Under the pieces are notes generated by a model that was not told where the DNA came from, did not search any database, and saw nothing but the letters and a program-made list of their open reading frames with translations. A DNA stretch of 64,000 nucleotides from Curvularia clavata. Lineage: Eukaryota. A program made the translations under genes and the position numbers. Where the stretch lies: contig CP089281.1 in NCBI GenBank assembly GCA_023920165.1, positions 124,001 through 188,000 of the forward strand, in the 5' to 3' direction. Below, one piece after another: positions 1 through 12,594 of this stretch (positions are counted from its first letter, which is position 1; the number at the start of each line of letters is the position of its first letter).

Positions 1-3000
1 GGGACTCAAAGTCAATAAATGTTGACGAGAGTAACCAGTTTCTGTTCCGCAGAATCTGTGATACTATTGGCAGTGCCTAGCCGACCAAGACTATTTTTCT
101 GACTCTGCATAGTCTATTCAGTCTCTTGTGATGGTAGTATGGCGTCGGAATCGTCCAGATATCTCCCTGATCTAGGCGTTGCTCGCAGTGCATATGTATC
201 GCACGACAAACAGGATATATAATATGAGTATAAGCTACTCTCCTCACCTTTCTGCAGTATTCGCTTTTGACACCAATAGAGTCTAAACATCGTGAATGCT
301 CTTGATGGTAATGGGAGAAATCTCAAGGTATGTGGCTGAGCACCTCGTGTGGTCATCTCCTTTAGCATACTTTGCTTACCACACGACCATCAACTTCTAA
401 TCGTTTTCTTCTAGCTTCCACAGACTATGCACGATCCACGAATTAAAAACTCTACCAGATCAAAGAGTTGTACAACACCAAATCTATTGTTATGTAGATA
501 TTTTTCATCAGGGTTGAAGTGAAGAGCCCCACAAGACAAGTCCTGCTTGGAGCGATAAGGTGATCGCGCAACATCAAATCGCGTTAAACCCATCCTCGTC
601 CAATGTACGGTCCGTGCACGAGCAATCCCTCCAAAACAATGGACATGCGTGAACGTTTTGAGCCGAGTTAATAGAAAGAACTCTTAGTCGGATTTAGGTC
701 CAATGCAAGCCATACCAAGGAATTATCCCAACCGCTTGCTTGATTTACTCCTTTCAGGGCCAAGCGGATGAATACGAGGACTCTAGTTTGTGATCCTACT
801 TAAACTACGACCAAAACTTACTAGCAATTAAGGGACTGTATATATCATGTAAACGCTTATTACTTTACTGCTGCAGATATGAGATCAGTTTAACTACCAA
901 GCTCTCTCTCTTCTCCACGTCTAGATATAAAGTCTTCGCTTTTAATTGTCTTCATTCTCGTTTCTAACATTCGTGCTGCGTTTTCTATACTATCGGCACC
1001 AAGAGCATTCAATATCACCATATCGAGCGGGATGCTTTTTGATCATCACCACAATGTTGGATCATTGATACCATCAGTCTTCTGACTAACATAATGCAAG
1101 TCTACTATCAAAGTAAGTTACATGTCGAATGCCACCGCTGTGTATCAGAGGTTAATAACGAAGCGACCAATCGGATTCAGGAGTTCAGCGATGCATTAGC
1201 CACGTTCTAGAAAATTCTATGAACGCTAATCCTTCATAGCCGTAACTAGTAATTTTGGCAGCCTTTGTTACGGTGAATATTTCGCACTTAGTCTTTTCCT
1301 ACGATACTGCAGGGCGACCTAACCTCATCATGAAGGCATTTCATGTTTCTTGCATTGTGACCATCATTTAACGAAGGCATGAATAATAGTAATTATAGGG
1401 CACATACTCTTTTCAAGAAGATGCTGACGGGAAAATTTAAAAATACTTCTACTCTGGCCGTATCATTCTGGATGGACTTCCATAATCTGATGTGGTCACG
1501 TATTTGAATGTTGGCAAAGATCCTGAGTAAAACGCATTTCTTCTCTGCATATTTTAATGCGATCTGTGGGACCTCACCACTTTTCATAGGCAATGAACAG
1601 ATACCGGCGGCAAAGATGACGAGGACGGTTTTTATCCAGAAGATCCATCACCACAAGGCAACAGCACAACACCACTAGGCGGGTGTGACGTTTGGATTTT
1701 CATTATCCTGCTAGCTGCAGTAGTAACGTATCCTCATTTTGGCTTGGCTATCAAGTATGAACTGGGAGATTGGATTGACTTTTTTGAACGTTCATGGCCC
1801 ATTCCTCCATCGAGTTATCAAGCCAGCAAATGGTGACTTTCTTTAATGTTCTTTCGATTTATAAAAGGATGATATGTACAAGATACCATCCTGGTTGTTA
1901 TAAAGATTTCTAGCTCGACCATCTGTACTTTCGAGCTCTGTGATCTCGGCATTGCCTCCAAAGCCGGGAAAGGTGCCGGTTCCAACAACACCCGGCTAAC
2001 TGGAATCCCCAAATTTAGACCTCCGCTATTTATCAATATCCCCATCACAGCTATTGATCACCTGCGCTGAAATAGCACTAGGAAATACTTTAGAGTTATC
2101 TTTGCACAACCAAAGGATATATCTGGGCATTTGGAGGCTAGTTTGCATCTCCAGACGTAATGGTGCTGCTGACTAGATTCATCGCCAGAAACCATCTAAG
2201 ATGCTAGAAAGCTCAAAATCTCTACGTCGAACAGTTCCAAGAGGTGGTTTATTGATGAGTGTGCAGCCAAGGCCCAGAAGTCAACACCAAGCAGTCTTGA
2301 TATCATGTAGGAAGCCCACAATATGCTTGAAACGATGGCGTCTTAGATATTTTGCCCTCACCATCAAGATTGCAAATACAGGCAACCCATGCTCTTTTGG
2401 CAGATGAAGGAGGAGGTTACATTCTGAAAGCTTTCAATCTTGTTGTAGAGGTATTGGACGATAGCGTACCTTTCGACGATAAAGAAGCGAAGGAGCATCG
2501 GAGAGCCATGCTCGAAAGACGAAGCTGACAGCCTGTTCCCAGGTACCCGAACAAATTCCCATTGCATGTCCTTGTGCTACTACCTTTGTCGCACGAGGAC
2601 CACAGAGCACCCGCATAAACTTTTACGTTCAGAACATAACGCCAATAACTAGTGGAAGCGGTCGCGCTGAACCCTGTTAAATCTCACAGGATAGGCAGGA
2701 AACCAGAAGGTCGTACACTATCTACAAGAACATGGAGCGTACAACGATAGATCAGACCTGCATGGTCGTACAACGGCAAGTTACGCGAATAGCGCTTACT
2801 ACTCAGCGATCTTCTCACTTCTCGAACTGACCACGATTTACAAGAAGAAGTCTGATCACAGCAGCTATGTGGCAAAAGAGACCGTTTTGAACGGCAATAG
2901 AGTGATGATTTTAACCGGTTCGAGTGCGTAATTCTAAGATGCAATGTCTGTATGCAAAAGAAGTACCGCGGTAAACGTTACCCCAACAATTTCGCATAAC

Positions 3001-3362
3001 GGAGAAACTATGGTGCTTTGTCCGTTGACCTCACGGAATCTTGATAGAAGCGGCACAGAACTCATCTGGCTAAATACCGTCTAAAATGGTTGATTCCCCG
3101 AGATCCAACGCGCCGCACTAACCCCATCAAAGGCTAGACCATTCCAAGATACCCATATTCTAGGTTAGTCCCAAGCGGGGTTGGGCTATATGTCGTGAGC
3201 CATGACGTCCTTTAAGGGGAAGCGAGGGCTTTTAGTGCCAAAACAAACACTCGCCTAAGTTCCGAGACTTCGGGATGTAAGCCAAAGATATAGGGTGGGG
3301 TAGATTGAGATTTGTATATATTCATTGCAGCCAGGCCTCTACAATTGCTATAGGAGCTCACT

Positions 3363-5069
3363 ATGAGGTTTACTAGTCTCATTTCATCGCTGCTCGCCTT
3401 CTCGGCAGCAGCATGGGCAAAGAACTCAACCTACTATAACCCTGTTCTCCCTGGCTGGCACTCTGACCCATCATGTACGCCCGTTAATGGAACATTCTTC
3501 TGCGTAACATCAACATTTATCTCCTTTCCCGGTCTGCCAATCTACGCGTCAAAAGACCTCGTCAATTATAAACTCATCAGCCATGTCTGGAACCGCGAAT
3601 CCCAGCTCCCAGGCTACAGCTATGCGACCGACGCCCAGCAGCAAGGCATGTACGCTGCTACCATTCGGCATCATCGAGGCACATTCTACGTCATTTGCGA
3701 GTACCTAGGTACTACCACCAACCGTACAAATGGTGTGTTGTTCAAAACTACCGACCCATTCGATGAAGCTAGCTGGAGTGACCCGGTCCTTTTCCGCGCT
3801 CCAAAAATCGACCCTGATCTGTTCTGGGACGACGACGGCAAGGTTTATGTAGCTACGCAAGAAGTCCGGATTCAAGAAATTAACATTGACACTGGGGCAT
3901 TGGGACCCGTCATCAACCTCTGGAACGGTACTGGCGGCGTCTGGCCCGAGGGCCCTCATATCTACAAGAAAGACGGGTGGTATTACCTCCTCATTGCAGA
4001 GGGCGGTACAGCTGAAGACCACGCCGTGACCATGGCCCGCGCGAAGAAGATTACTGGCCCGTACACCCCCAGCCCACATAATCCTCACCTCACGAACCGC
4101 GGTACTGATCAATATTTCCAAACCGTCGGCCACGCAGACCTTTTCCAAGATGATAACGGAAACTGGTGGGGCACCGCTCTAGCCACGCGCTGGGGACCCC
4201 CCAACAGCTCGTTTTTCCCAATGGGCCGAGAAACCGTTCTCTTCCCTGTGACATGGCCCACCGGCGAATGGCCCGTCATGCAGCCCGTCCGGGGCATCAT
4301 GTCCGGCTGGGAACTGCCCGTCCCGTCTCGCGACATCCCCGGTACTGGGCCGTTCAACGGCGACCCGGACGTCTATGACTTCCCTGCTGGGAGCCAAGTC
4401 CCGCGCAACCTGGTATACTGGCGGGTACCGCGACCAGGCATGATCAGCGTAACGAAGAACGGGTTGCAAGTCATTCCCAGTAAGAATAATCTAGGAAACA
4501 AGTTCAATAATACGTCGCCAGCGAGTAAGGCCATCAGCTTTGTGGGGCGCAGGCAAACCGATAGCACATTCAAATTCAGCGTGGATATGAGCTTTAACCC
4601 GACTGAGAACAGCCAGGAAGCTGGTATCACTGCGTTCCTCACTCAGTATGCTAATGTCCAGCTTGGTGTTACTCAAGTGAACGGCTCAACGGTGTTTCGC
4701 TTTAACTCGACCGAGTCCCGGAACAAGTATACGCCTCTTCCTAGGGCATGGAAAGGACAGCCCATTCGCCTCATGATTGAGATGTTCACGCCGGACGAGT
4801 ACTTGTTTTCGGCTACGTTAGCGGCGCGCGGCGGAGAAACACTGAAGTTGGGAAAGGCGGCCACGAGTCAAGTGAGTGGAGGGACAGGAAGTTTTGTGGG
4901 TACCTTGATTGGGGTTTATGCGACGTGTAATGGGGCCGGAGACGATGTTTTGGATTGCCCGGCGAGCACACCAAAGGCCTGGTATAAGAAATGGAGATAT
5001 ACCGGCGTAAAGCAGTGGGTTGATAAAGGTATTAGTGTGGCGAGTGAGAGGTTTAATCAGAGGATTTGA
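3363..5069 (+). CDS. Secreted GH43 beta-xylosidase/alpha-L-arabinofuranosidase
   Basis: Intronless 568-aa ORF. Signal peptide MRFTSLISSLLAFSAAAWA; GH43 motifs NPVLPGWHSDPS, IDPDLFWDDDG, WPEGPHIYKKDGWYYLLIAEGGT, TVGHADL; C-terminal beta-sandwich region (RRQT...EAG). Confidence 0.95.
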   Translation: MRFTSLISSLLAFSAAAWAKNSTYYNPVLPGWHSDPSCTPVNGTFFCVTSTFISFPGLPIYASKDLVNYKLISHVWNRESQLPGYSYATDAQQQGMYAATIRHHRGTFYVICEYLGTTTNRTNGVLFKTTDPFDEASWSDPVLFRAPKIDPDLFWDDDGKVYVATQEVRIQEINIDTGALGPVINLWNGTGGVWPEGPHIYKKDGWYYLLIAEGGTAEDHAVTMARAKKITGPYTPSPHNPHLTNRGTDQYFQTVGHADLFQDDNGNWWGTALATRWGPPNSSFFPMGRETVLFPVTWPTGEWPVMQPVRGIMSGWELPVPSRDIPGTGPFNGDPDVYDFPAGSQVPRNLVYWRVPRPGMISVTKNGLQVIPSKNNLGNKFNNTSPASKAISFVGRRQTDSTFKFSVDMSFNPTENSQEAGITAFLTQYANVQLGVTQVNGSTVFRFNSTESRNKYTPLPRAWKGQPIRLMIEMFTPDEYLFSATLAARGGETLKLGKAATSQVSGGTGSFVGTLIGVYATCNGAGDDVLDCPASTPKAWYKKWRYTGVKQWVDKGISVASERFNQRI

Positions 5070-6234
5070 ACTGGTGGGAATGAGTGAAAGTTTACAGATC
5101 TGTACTTTCTCCAAATCGATGTATCTCAAGCTCTACAGCCAAGGCGCGAACTCATTCTCTTTTATCTGTCGTTAAGGAGAAGACAAATAGAGCTAAGATT
5201 CTCTATAGATGAAAGGCTGCTGTAGAGTGAATAGTAAGAGGTACGGACACTACTGCATTTTGTTTATATTGGAGGATTGTATGGAGTTGGATACATCCTT
5301 CTCCATGTACAAGCAGTAGACAGTACAAGCACAGTAGAGAATGCCTATTTAACTACTTATCCTTGTCTTCTTACACTAAATATTGACGCGGGATAGTAAA
5401 AATGTTACAAGTAACTTGGGGGGATTTCTGGTCGACAAAGACCGTATGGCAAGAGACCATCGAGCGCCCGCGTTAGAAGGTAATGACATCTGCGGGGCCA
5501 ATACGTGACATTCCGATACACAAATGGGTTTCTCTAGTTTCCAGAGTTGCATGGCTGTTCAATCAAAATCTACCATTACGTCGACGACCAGTATTAATAA
5601 GGATTGCATTCTCCCCACAGCAGTTACTGTTGAAATTCAATGGTATCCACGTCGGTTGTCTGATCAGAACTATAGAGCAGTTCAATCACCTTACTCTTCA
5701 TAAACCTGAAAAGACGCAAACTGCAATTGGTAAGCATTAGTAAGCATCGGTCAGCAGCGGTTCAACAACCGCATGTCTTGGCAAACTTGAAGGGCACACG
5801 GTTGGTCTGATAAGACCGAATCTAGGTGGCTTATTTTCCTCGCCTACTAGCACGGCGATCGCATCAATCAATTCATCCGTCGGCCTAATGTTAGTACAAA
5901 CACTGACTACCGTGCCTCTACTGTAGGACCGCTAAACAGCACGATAACCAATTATACATCTGATGTGGACATCAAGAAGTTGCCATTGGATACAGAAGAT
6001 GCTAACAAGAACTGGATATATAGAGTAGTGGTCTTGTGCGATGTTAGAAGATAAAGGCAGATAGTGGCCACTATTTAAGGATACTAGAAGACAGTGACAC
6101 AACCACTTCGTTGCGATATCTCCCTCAAACCCTTAAACAAATTCAACAATCTATCAATTCTCTGATCGCCAAATCCTTCTTGAATACAAAATCCCAGCAA
6201 TATCCTCGACGTGTTCTATATAAACAACGCTAGA

Positions 6235-7059
6235 ATGAAAGTATTACTTATCGGAGCAACGGGTAATCTGGGCTCCCGCCTTGTTCCAGCGCTTCTTACA
6301 CATGGACACACCGTTGTTGTCTTCGTTCGATCTTCAGCAAAACTCGAATCCTTGTTTTCAGAAGCTACTCGCCAACAGCTCACAGTTGTCGAAGGCAATG
6401 CGACTGAGTCAGCTACTATCAAGGAGACTCTCTTGAGCTCGGAATGTGATGCTGTCGTCAGCGCTGCTGGAGTAGCGGCAATGGCGCCTTGGAGCAAGAG
6501 CGACTTGCCAGAGATCTTTGGTGCCATCTTGAAAGCTGTACAGCAGGCAGGAGTAGAACGGAAGAGGCCATTGCGTGTTTGGTTCATGGGCGGAATGTCG
6601 GTTCTCAACTTTCCAGGCACCGAAAGTATGATTTCCAACTAGTAAGTATAACCTAGTCGCTGGGCTTCCACTGAACTATACTGAAATCCAGACAGTATGC
6701 CGGTATACCTCACACATCGTCAAAACCTTGCGCTTCTGAAGTCACTCCCACCAGGGAGCGTCGACTGGTCCTTGTTGTGCCCGACAGACCTCGTACCCGA
6801 GTCTACGGATCTCAGCGTGCCAACCAGGGCTTCAGAAAAAGGGAAGCTCCTCGCAAACAAGATAACTCCCCCATTGTGGAAGAATTCATGGCTTGGCCAT
6901 ATCCCACTGATTGGAAAAACTCTTGTCATAGGAATGAACTTCAGTCGCTACGAGACTACGCTAGAGCAGATCGCTGAGTTCATTGCCAATGATCTTGAAG
7001 ATGGACATCAGAGTCAATTCATTGCGTCCACAGTTGGAGTGATTGACCCTTCGAGGTAA
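6235..7059 (+). CDS. NAD(P)-binding Rossmann-fold protein (NmrA/NAD_binding_10-like)
   Basis: MKVLLIGATGNLG dinucleotide-binding motif. One GT-AG intron at 6642-6695 joins ORFs 6211-6642 and 6697-7059 in frame; DWSLLCP motif in exon 2. Confidence 0.85.
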
Positions 7060-7404
7060 TCCTGTAATCTTGTCGATAATGGGACCCCTGTAATCTTTCT
7101 GCACCGCCAAAATGACATCGAACAATTTCTTGCAACTAGCTATCTTGACTTAACGCACTCATGTACCAAAGCAAATGGCACTGCTCTACGGCATTGAATA
7201 TCATCTGTCTTGTAATCTCTTTCATCCTTCTGCACATGTAAATGATCATATCCAATGTCAAATGATTTCAGATATTGATCTTGGGAATCTACACAAATCT
7301 CAGCGTGGTTCTGAAGTATATTAATGATAACAGCGTCATCACTATTTGCCCGCCTCCTCACCATTAGATCTCTTGCTGCCGCCAGAAGTCTCAGTTACAT
7401 TATA

Positions 7405-7443
7405 CAGTACTAGCTCAAAAGTCTGTTCCCCTGAGCACGGGCC
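7405..7443 (+). repeat. Left terminal inverted repeat of the Tc1-like element
   Basis: CAGTactagctCAAAAGTCTGTtcccctgagcacGGGCC aligns with the reverse complement of the right end, CAGTcacactcCAAAAGTCTGTgccgctaagcgctcGGGCC. Confidence 0.8.
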
Positions 7444-7699
7444 TACCCCACCATCCCAATTCCCATAGAGTAGTCTCTTCTTTAACACTAAACAACTCCA
7501 TCTAAATGAGATCTTTTTGCACTGAGATTTCGCGTAATCGAATACTAGGTGGTGAATTATTAGAAGCGTAACGTATATATATTTTAGCACAAGTAGAGGC
7601 TAGATGCGGAACGATAGAAATCGCGGCGCGTCTGAGCTGCTCGCGACGCGCAGTATCTAACGTTATCTACTGATGGGAAACCGAAGGTATCTATATAAA

Positions 7700-8624
7700 G
7701 CGCGATCGGATAGGCTGTCCACCTAAATTAACTAGTAGAGATTATCGTTAGCTGTTTTGAGTTGTTAAATAAAATTCTAGAATCGAATATAGCGTTCTAT
7801 ATCGCGAGGCTAACCTATAGGATAGTAATACTAGCTGCTCCACTATCTCTCGAGCTATAATTTAACGAGTACTTGCTTAAATAGATTACTATAAGTTTAG
7901 AGCAAAGCGCAGACTATTTATTACTAAAATCGCAGCTAAAAAACGTCTACTTTTTGCACAGCGTTGGCGTAATTTCACGTGGGGTGGGCAGACTATTTTG
8001 AAGTTTTTAGATGAGTGTAGTATCGCCCGCGGATCTGGCCATAACGCTACTTGGGTATGGCGATTACTAGAGCAAAAATGGTCTTATAAGATAATAGAAG
8101 CTGTCCCTACTGGCCGGCAGCCCGCTCGTATAGTATGGGCTGCAATTTGGATAGGTTCTGATGGTGTTGTGGGCCGTAGCCCTCTGGTGATTATGAAAAG
8201 AGATTTATTACGGCGTCGAGCTGGATATACGGCACGGAGCTACTTAAAAGCGTTTAAGGAAGGGCTACTACTAAACTATAGAGCTGGCGAGCTATTTATA
8301 CGGGATAACGCGCGTATCTACACTGCTCGAATCTCGCAACAGTGGTTGAGAATTCATGGGATAGAAACGATCGACTGGCCACTATATTCTCCAGATCTCA
8401 ACCCTATCGAGCACCTCTGGTGGGCACTTAAAAAGAAACTTTATGAGCTTTATCCCGAGTTTGACTATATAAATAACACAAATATTGAGTGGGAGTAGTT
8501 TGAAAATGGGTTGCGCGAGGCGTAGTTAGCCATACCTGATTCTTTGATTACAAAGCTAATTTTGAGTATGCCGCGCCGCCTCGCCGCTGTCCGTAAAGCA
8601 AAAGGATACCAAACAAAATACTGA
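7700..8624 (+). pseudogene. Tc1-family transposase pseudogene with RIP-like mutations (5' limit approximate)
   Basis: GRPPK-like HTH linker remnant near 7710; in-frame TAG stops at 8496 and 8523; TpA-rich 5' half; motif changes consistent with C>T/G>A transitions (FSDE>FLDE, H>Y). Confidence 0.88.
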
Positions 8625-8721
8625 GATCTTTAGCTACAGTTTGATTATTTCAAAATTATTTTTAGACTTAGTTTGGTGGAGTTGCACAGCGTTGAAATTG
8701 TGGGAAAAAAGTGGTGATGGT

Positions 8722-8762
8722 GGCCCGAGCGCTTAGCGGCACAGACTTTTGGAGTGTGACTG
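8722..8762 (-). repeat. Right terminal inverted repeat of the Tc1-like element
   Basis: ggcccgagcgcttagcggcacagacttttggagtgtgactg followed by TA; imperfect inverse of 7405-7443. Confidence 0.8.
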
Positions 8763-8764
8763 TA

Positions 8765-9605
8765 TCAAATGCAAGTTCCATCCAAGTCATTCAGGTCACC
8801 TGTATTCAGGCAAGTACCACTACAGCACCCATCCGGTGAATTCAAGTTACAGTACTGGGCGACAGGGTTGCAGCAGACGGTACCGTCAAATGTGGCTCCA
8901 CATACACCAGAACAGCATTCGATATTGTGAGTACAATTATTACCGAAGCCATTGGGCTTACATACCGCAACACACTGTGTCGAGGTTGCAACCACGTTCG
9001 TTATCTAGGTAAAGTTAGCTTCTTAACTCGCTTAAGTTCATTGACAAGAATGATAGACGCACTGCAGTCGCAGCAGTAAAGGTAGCGGTGGTAGTAGCTT
9101 TGGGTTGTAGGGCGAGACAGCTACACCCCTGGGATATCTTGGCGGCAGAGAAATCTGCAAGGAATTGAAGCACAGCCGTGCATGTGTCAGGATCCATTAC
9201 GGAGTTTTTGGAGTTTTTGGGTTTCAAATCCGGCTCGTTTCGCTTCACCTGGCCACATGACAGGCTTGTCACGGTAACTGTGGTTGTGGAAGTTGTGCTA
9301 GTTCTGCTCACCAACAACTCGTTAGTCTCTTCAGCTCAAAGTCAGGGATAATGCGAAAAGCAAAGTTTAACTTGCACTGTTGCAGTTGTGGCAGTTGTTT
9401 TCAATGTTTTCGTTACAGGAACCCTGAGGTAAGAGCTGCAAAATGTGGTTGCTGGGGGGCCAAGCCTCTCGAGGACGCTGAGCGCACCAGTTACCTTCGA
9501 ACAATCTACAGCGCGTCGATCGAGAGGTAGAGCGACAGTGGGTTCAGGCCAGGCCACTGCGAGTCTGCCAAAGGTAGCTGCGAAGAGAAGGCTGAACACA
9601 ACCAT
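8765..9605 (-). CDS. Secreted Thr-rich protein with C-terminal tandem cystine-knot-like (C-C-CC-C-C) units
   Basis: Three exons (~9605-9376, 9303-9063, 9004-8765) with branch sites; intron 1 probably has a GC donor. Signal peptide MVVFSLLFAATFGRLAVA; FCSSYL and GCSCL motifs; Thr-rich linkers; 13 Cys in the last exon. Confidence 0.8.
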
Positions 9606-11284
9606 GGCTGTTTGGTCCAGATGTCGAAGCGATATAAGAAAAGATATACAGAGGAAACAACTGAAAGCAATGAGCACATCCTTTTTATATAATGCATGAG
9701 ATTCGGGATCTTCCCCACCAACGCCAAGTTCGCGGCCACCTGACGCAGGGTCAACTCCCCTTTCCGTGTCTCAAAGGGATCTTTTTACGTGACCCAGCCA
9801 AGAAGAGACAACATTGAATGAGTTTCCATGGGTTTGTATTCGCCCATTACAGCATCAATTCACTAGAGAGGCAACTCCGGTTACTTCATCAACCCCTGTC
9901 AGGAAAAGGTCTTGATGTGGTCGCGGCAAAAGTAAGCGGCTTGAAAAGATATGTAATAGTATAGTTGCAACCCCAAATAGCCACGTTTATCTTCTCAGAA
10001 TCGAGCCGATCAGAATCAAATACTTTCCGCGTCACGAATGCATTAGATAAGTAAAGTGTGACGCTCTCGCGCAATGATGCCAAACGAGTGCATCTTTGTA
10101 GCTCTAGGAGGACAAAACGCTTAGACATAAAGTTGATCTTGTTACGCACGGCTGCAGATCGATAGGGTAATTTGTGAAATTGAAGGGGCTCGTCCACGGC
10201 GTCTTGACGGACGCGTCTCTAGTCAGTCCGTCTATGACTTTTGACGACAGCTATTGGCCTGTACTGCAGTCAATCATCGATGGTACTCCAGGGAAGAAAT
10301 TCGTAAAGTTTACAGCATGCTTTCTTCTGATCGGAATCACCCAAATCGTCAATGAAGGCCATGACCTTGCTATGATGCCCCAGTAAACGTGTGCGCTACT
10401 GAGTGCTGGTCATCTGTGCGCTTTGAATTATTTGAATGAAAAAGGTACCATCCCCACTTTTCTTTTGTTGTTTTCTATCATGGTGATGGGTATGCATTGA
10501 CTGCGGCTGAGAACGGAGGAAAGATTCAAAAAGGGTGGGCTGGGGTAGAGATCGTCTTAATTGGCTGCTCGGTATTCTTGAATGAATCTTTTCACTTTCT
10601 TTCCAAACACCCTTCTGTCTAAGCTGTTAGATTTTTCTGGTTGCCCTATCCACTTCATAAGCCATCATCTATCGTCCGAGAACATTTGTCGATGACTGCG
10701 AAATGTAGAGAACTGTCGACTGTTATTATCATCCTCTATCTCTTACTCAGGCATAAGCCTTACCTTTTGGGTTGATTTTGGTAGTTCAAATACATTCTGT
10801 AAGAGAATATGAACAATTCGTGCAGTCTCTGCCGCATTGTGTTTTTCTTATCTCTTGTCCAGTTGTCTCTCAAATGTTCATGTTACTAGAAGTGAGTGCC
10901 TTATTCTTATCCAAGCAACCAGAGAGGCCCACCAAGACACTGCAAGCAAACAAGCTCACTGTGAAAGTTACGTGTGTACAAGATCCTTTTTTCGCTTTCC
11001 TGGGCGAATAGAGTCTAGCCATTTCCCGAGCAGACAGGAGACAATGCATCTTGTCGGATATAACCGGGTTTTACCATGCGCAATAATCGCGCTTATAAAT
11101 AAGGCGTACCACAGCCTTCATTCCCCAACTGCATGATGATCACTATAATATAAATGCTTGCTGGGTAGTAGTTTAGAATCAATTCTCTGATCATTAAGTT
11201 CCCCTTCCCAATAGATGTCTTGTGTCTAGGCATTTAGTTATCTCGAAATCGATCCCCGCTTGATAGCTTAAAGTCAACTCGAAC

Positions 11285-12208
11285 ATGGCGACCGTTCAAA
11301 AGAAGACAGTCCTGATCACCGGCTGCGGCCCCAAAGGCATTGGCTCAGCCATGGCGAAGCATTTCTGCGCACAGAATTACTATGTCTTCGCCACAACCCG
11401 AAATTTATCCACATCAACAGACAGCTCCCTTGCCTCCCTCCCGGACATCGAGATGCTAGAGCTTGACGTAACACTCCCGCACACCATCGCGCGATGCAAA
11501 GATATTGTCGCGAAGCGTACAGGTGGGAAGCTCGATGTGCTCGTCAACAACGCAGGTGTTGAGTTCAATAGTCCGCTGCTAGACACAGATATTGCAGAGG
11601 CGAAGAGATTGTTCGATGTTAATGTATGGGGATTGCTGGAGATGGTGCAGGCGTTTGCTCCGCTACTTGTTGAAGCTGGGGGAATGGTGTTCAATCAGAG
11701 CTCAATTGATGCAGAGCTGAGTATGGTGTGGGCGGGTATGTTTTGTTCTCTGTCTCCTTCATTCACAGGGACATGGTAAGGCTAACATGGTCGCGGCGAC
11801 ACACGACTAGGTGTTTTTTCTAGTTCTAAAGCTGCGGTAACGCGTATTTCAGAAATACTACGCATTGAGCTGGAGCCGTTAGGCGTGCGTGTCGTCACGT
11901 CCATCTGTGGATCCGTCAACACGCCCATGTTTACGAAGCCTGGAGGTCCTATGCAGCTGCCTGAGACGTCGTACTATCGCGGCGTACAGGACAAAGCGTG
12001 GCAAGAGCGGATGGATCACCAGCGTCAAGCTACAGACGTCGATGTTCTTGCTGAAAAACTGGTTAGGGATATTGTTCGTGGGGCCAAAGGTGTGGTTTGG
12101 CACGGGGCGTTTGCGCCGTCGGTAAAATGGGCGGGATGGCTGAATATTTTATGGGTGTTGAATATAATGATCAATTCAGCACGAGGACTGGGGCAGATCA
12201 AGCGTTGA
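11285..12208 (+). CDS. Short-chain dehydrogenase/reductase (Ayr1-like)
   Basis: LITGCGPKGIG, LDVT and LDVLVNNAG motifs; intron 11736-11810; exon 2 has SKAA...LRIELEPLGVRV. Confidence 0.9.
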
Positions 12209-12594
12209 TATGCCTTGAAAAGTGGAGACATATCGAAGCGGATGATTCCAAAGATGGTTCGGAATGTTTACATCCCTCGTACGTATCTTTGTAATTTGGT
12301 TTCAAAACTAGAGCAACAGCCATACAGGAAATGGTCATTTTGAGCTGTAATGTATCTCTGATAGTCCGATTCGAGCAATGCAAGCGTAATTCCATGTAGA
12401 AGAAACGATGTTGAGCGAGATGAAGTTAACTCGATTTACAAGAGGCAGAAAGTCTACTCTTTTTACAACTACCAAATAAGAGGCCCATCGCAGCATGATA
12501 AATCTTTTCAGATAGTTATGAAATCCACCTGCTTGTTCAGTACAGGCTCTTACATACTTACAGCAAACTACAATAACGAAGCTGCTTCTTCTCC

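Larger units (their letters stand above)
7405..8762 (+). mobile_element. Tc1/mariner (impala-like, DD34E) DNA transposon, ~1.36 kb, inactivated
   Basis: Imperfect TIRs starting CAGT, flanked by TA on both sides (7403-7404, 8763-8764). Transposase remnant has FLDE, DNA-x34-E (WPLYSPDLNPIEHLW) and a GYQTKY* C-terminus ending at 8624. Confidence 0.92.

Noticed and set aside
1..3300. Short ORFs and protein-like fragments upstream of GH43
   Set aside because: No recognisable motif or consistent exon chain; possibly decayed sequence, but not supportable.
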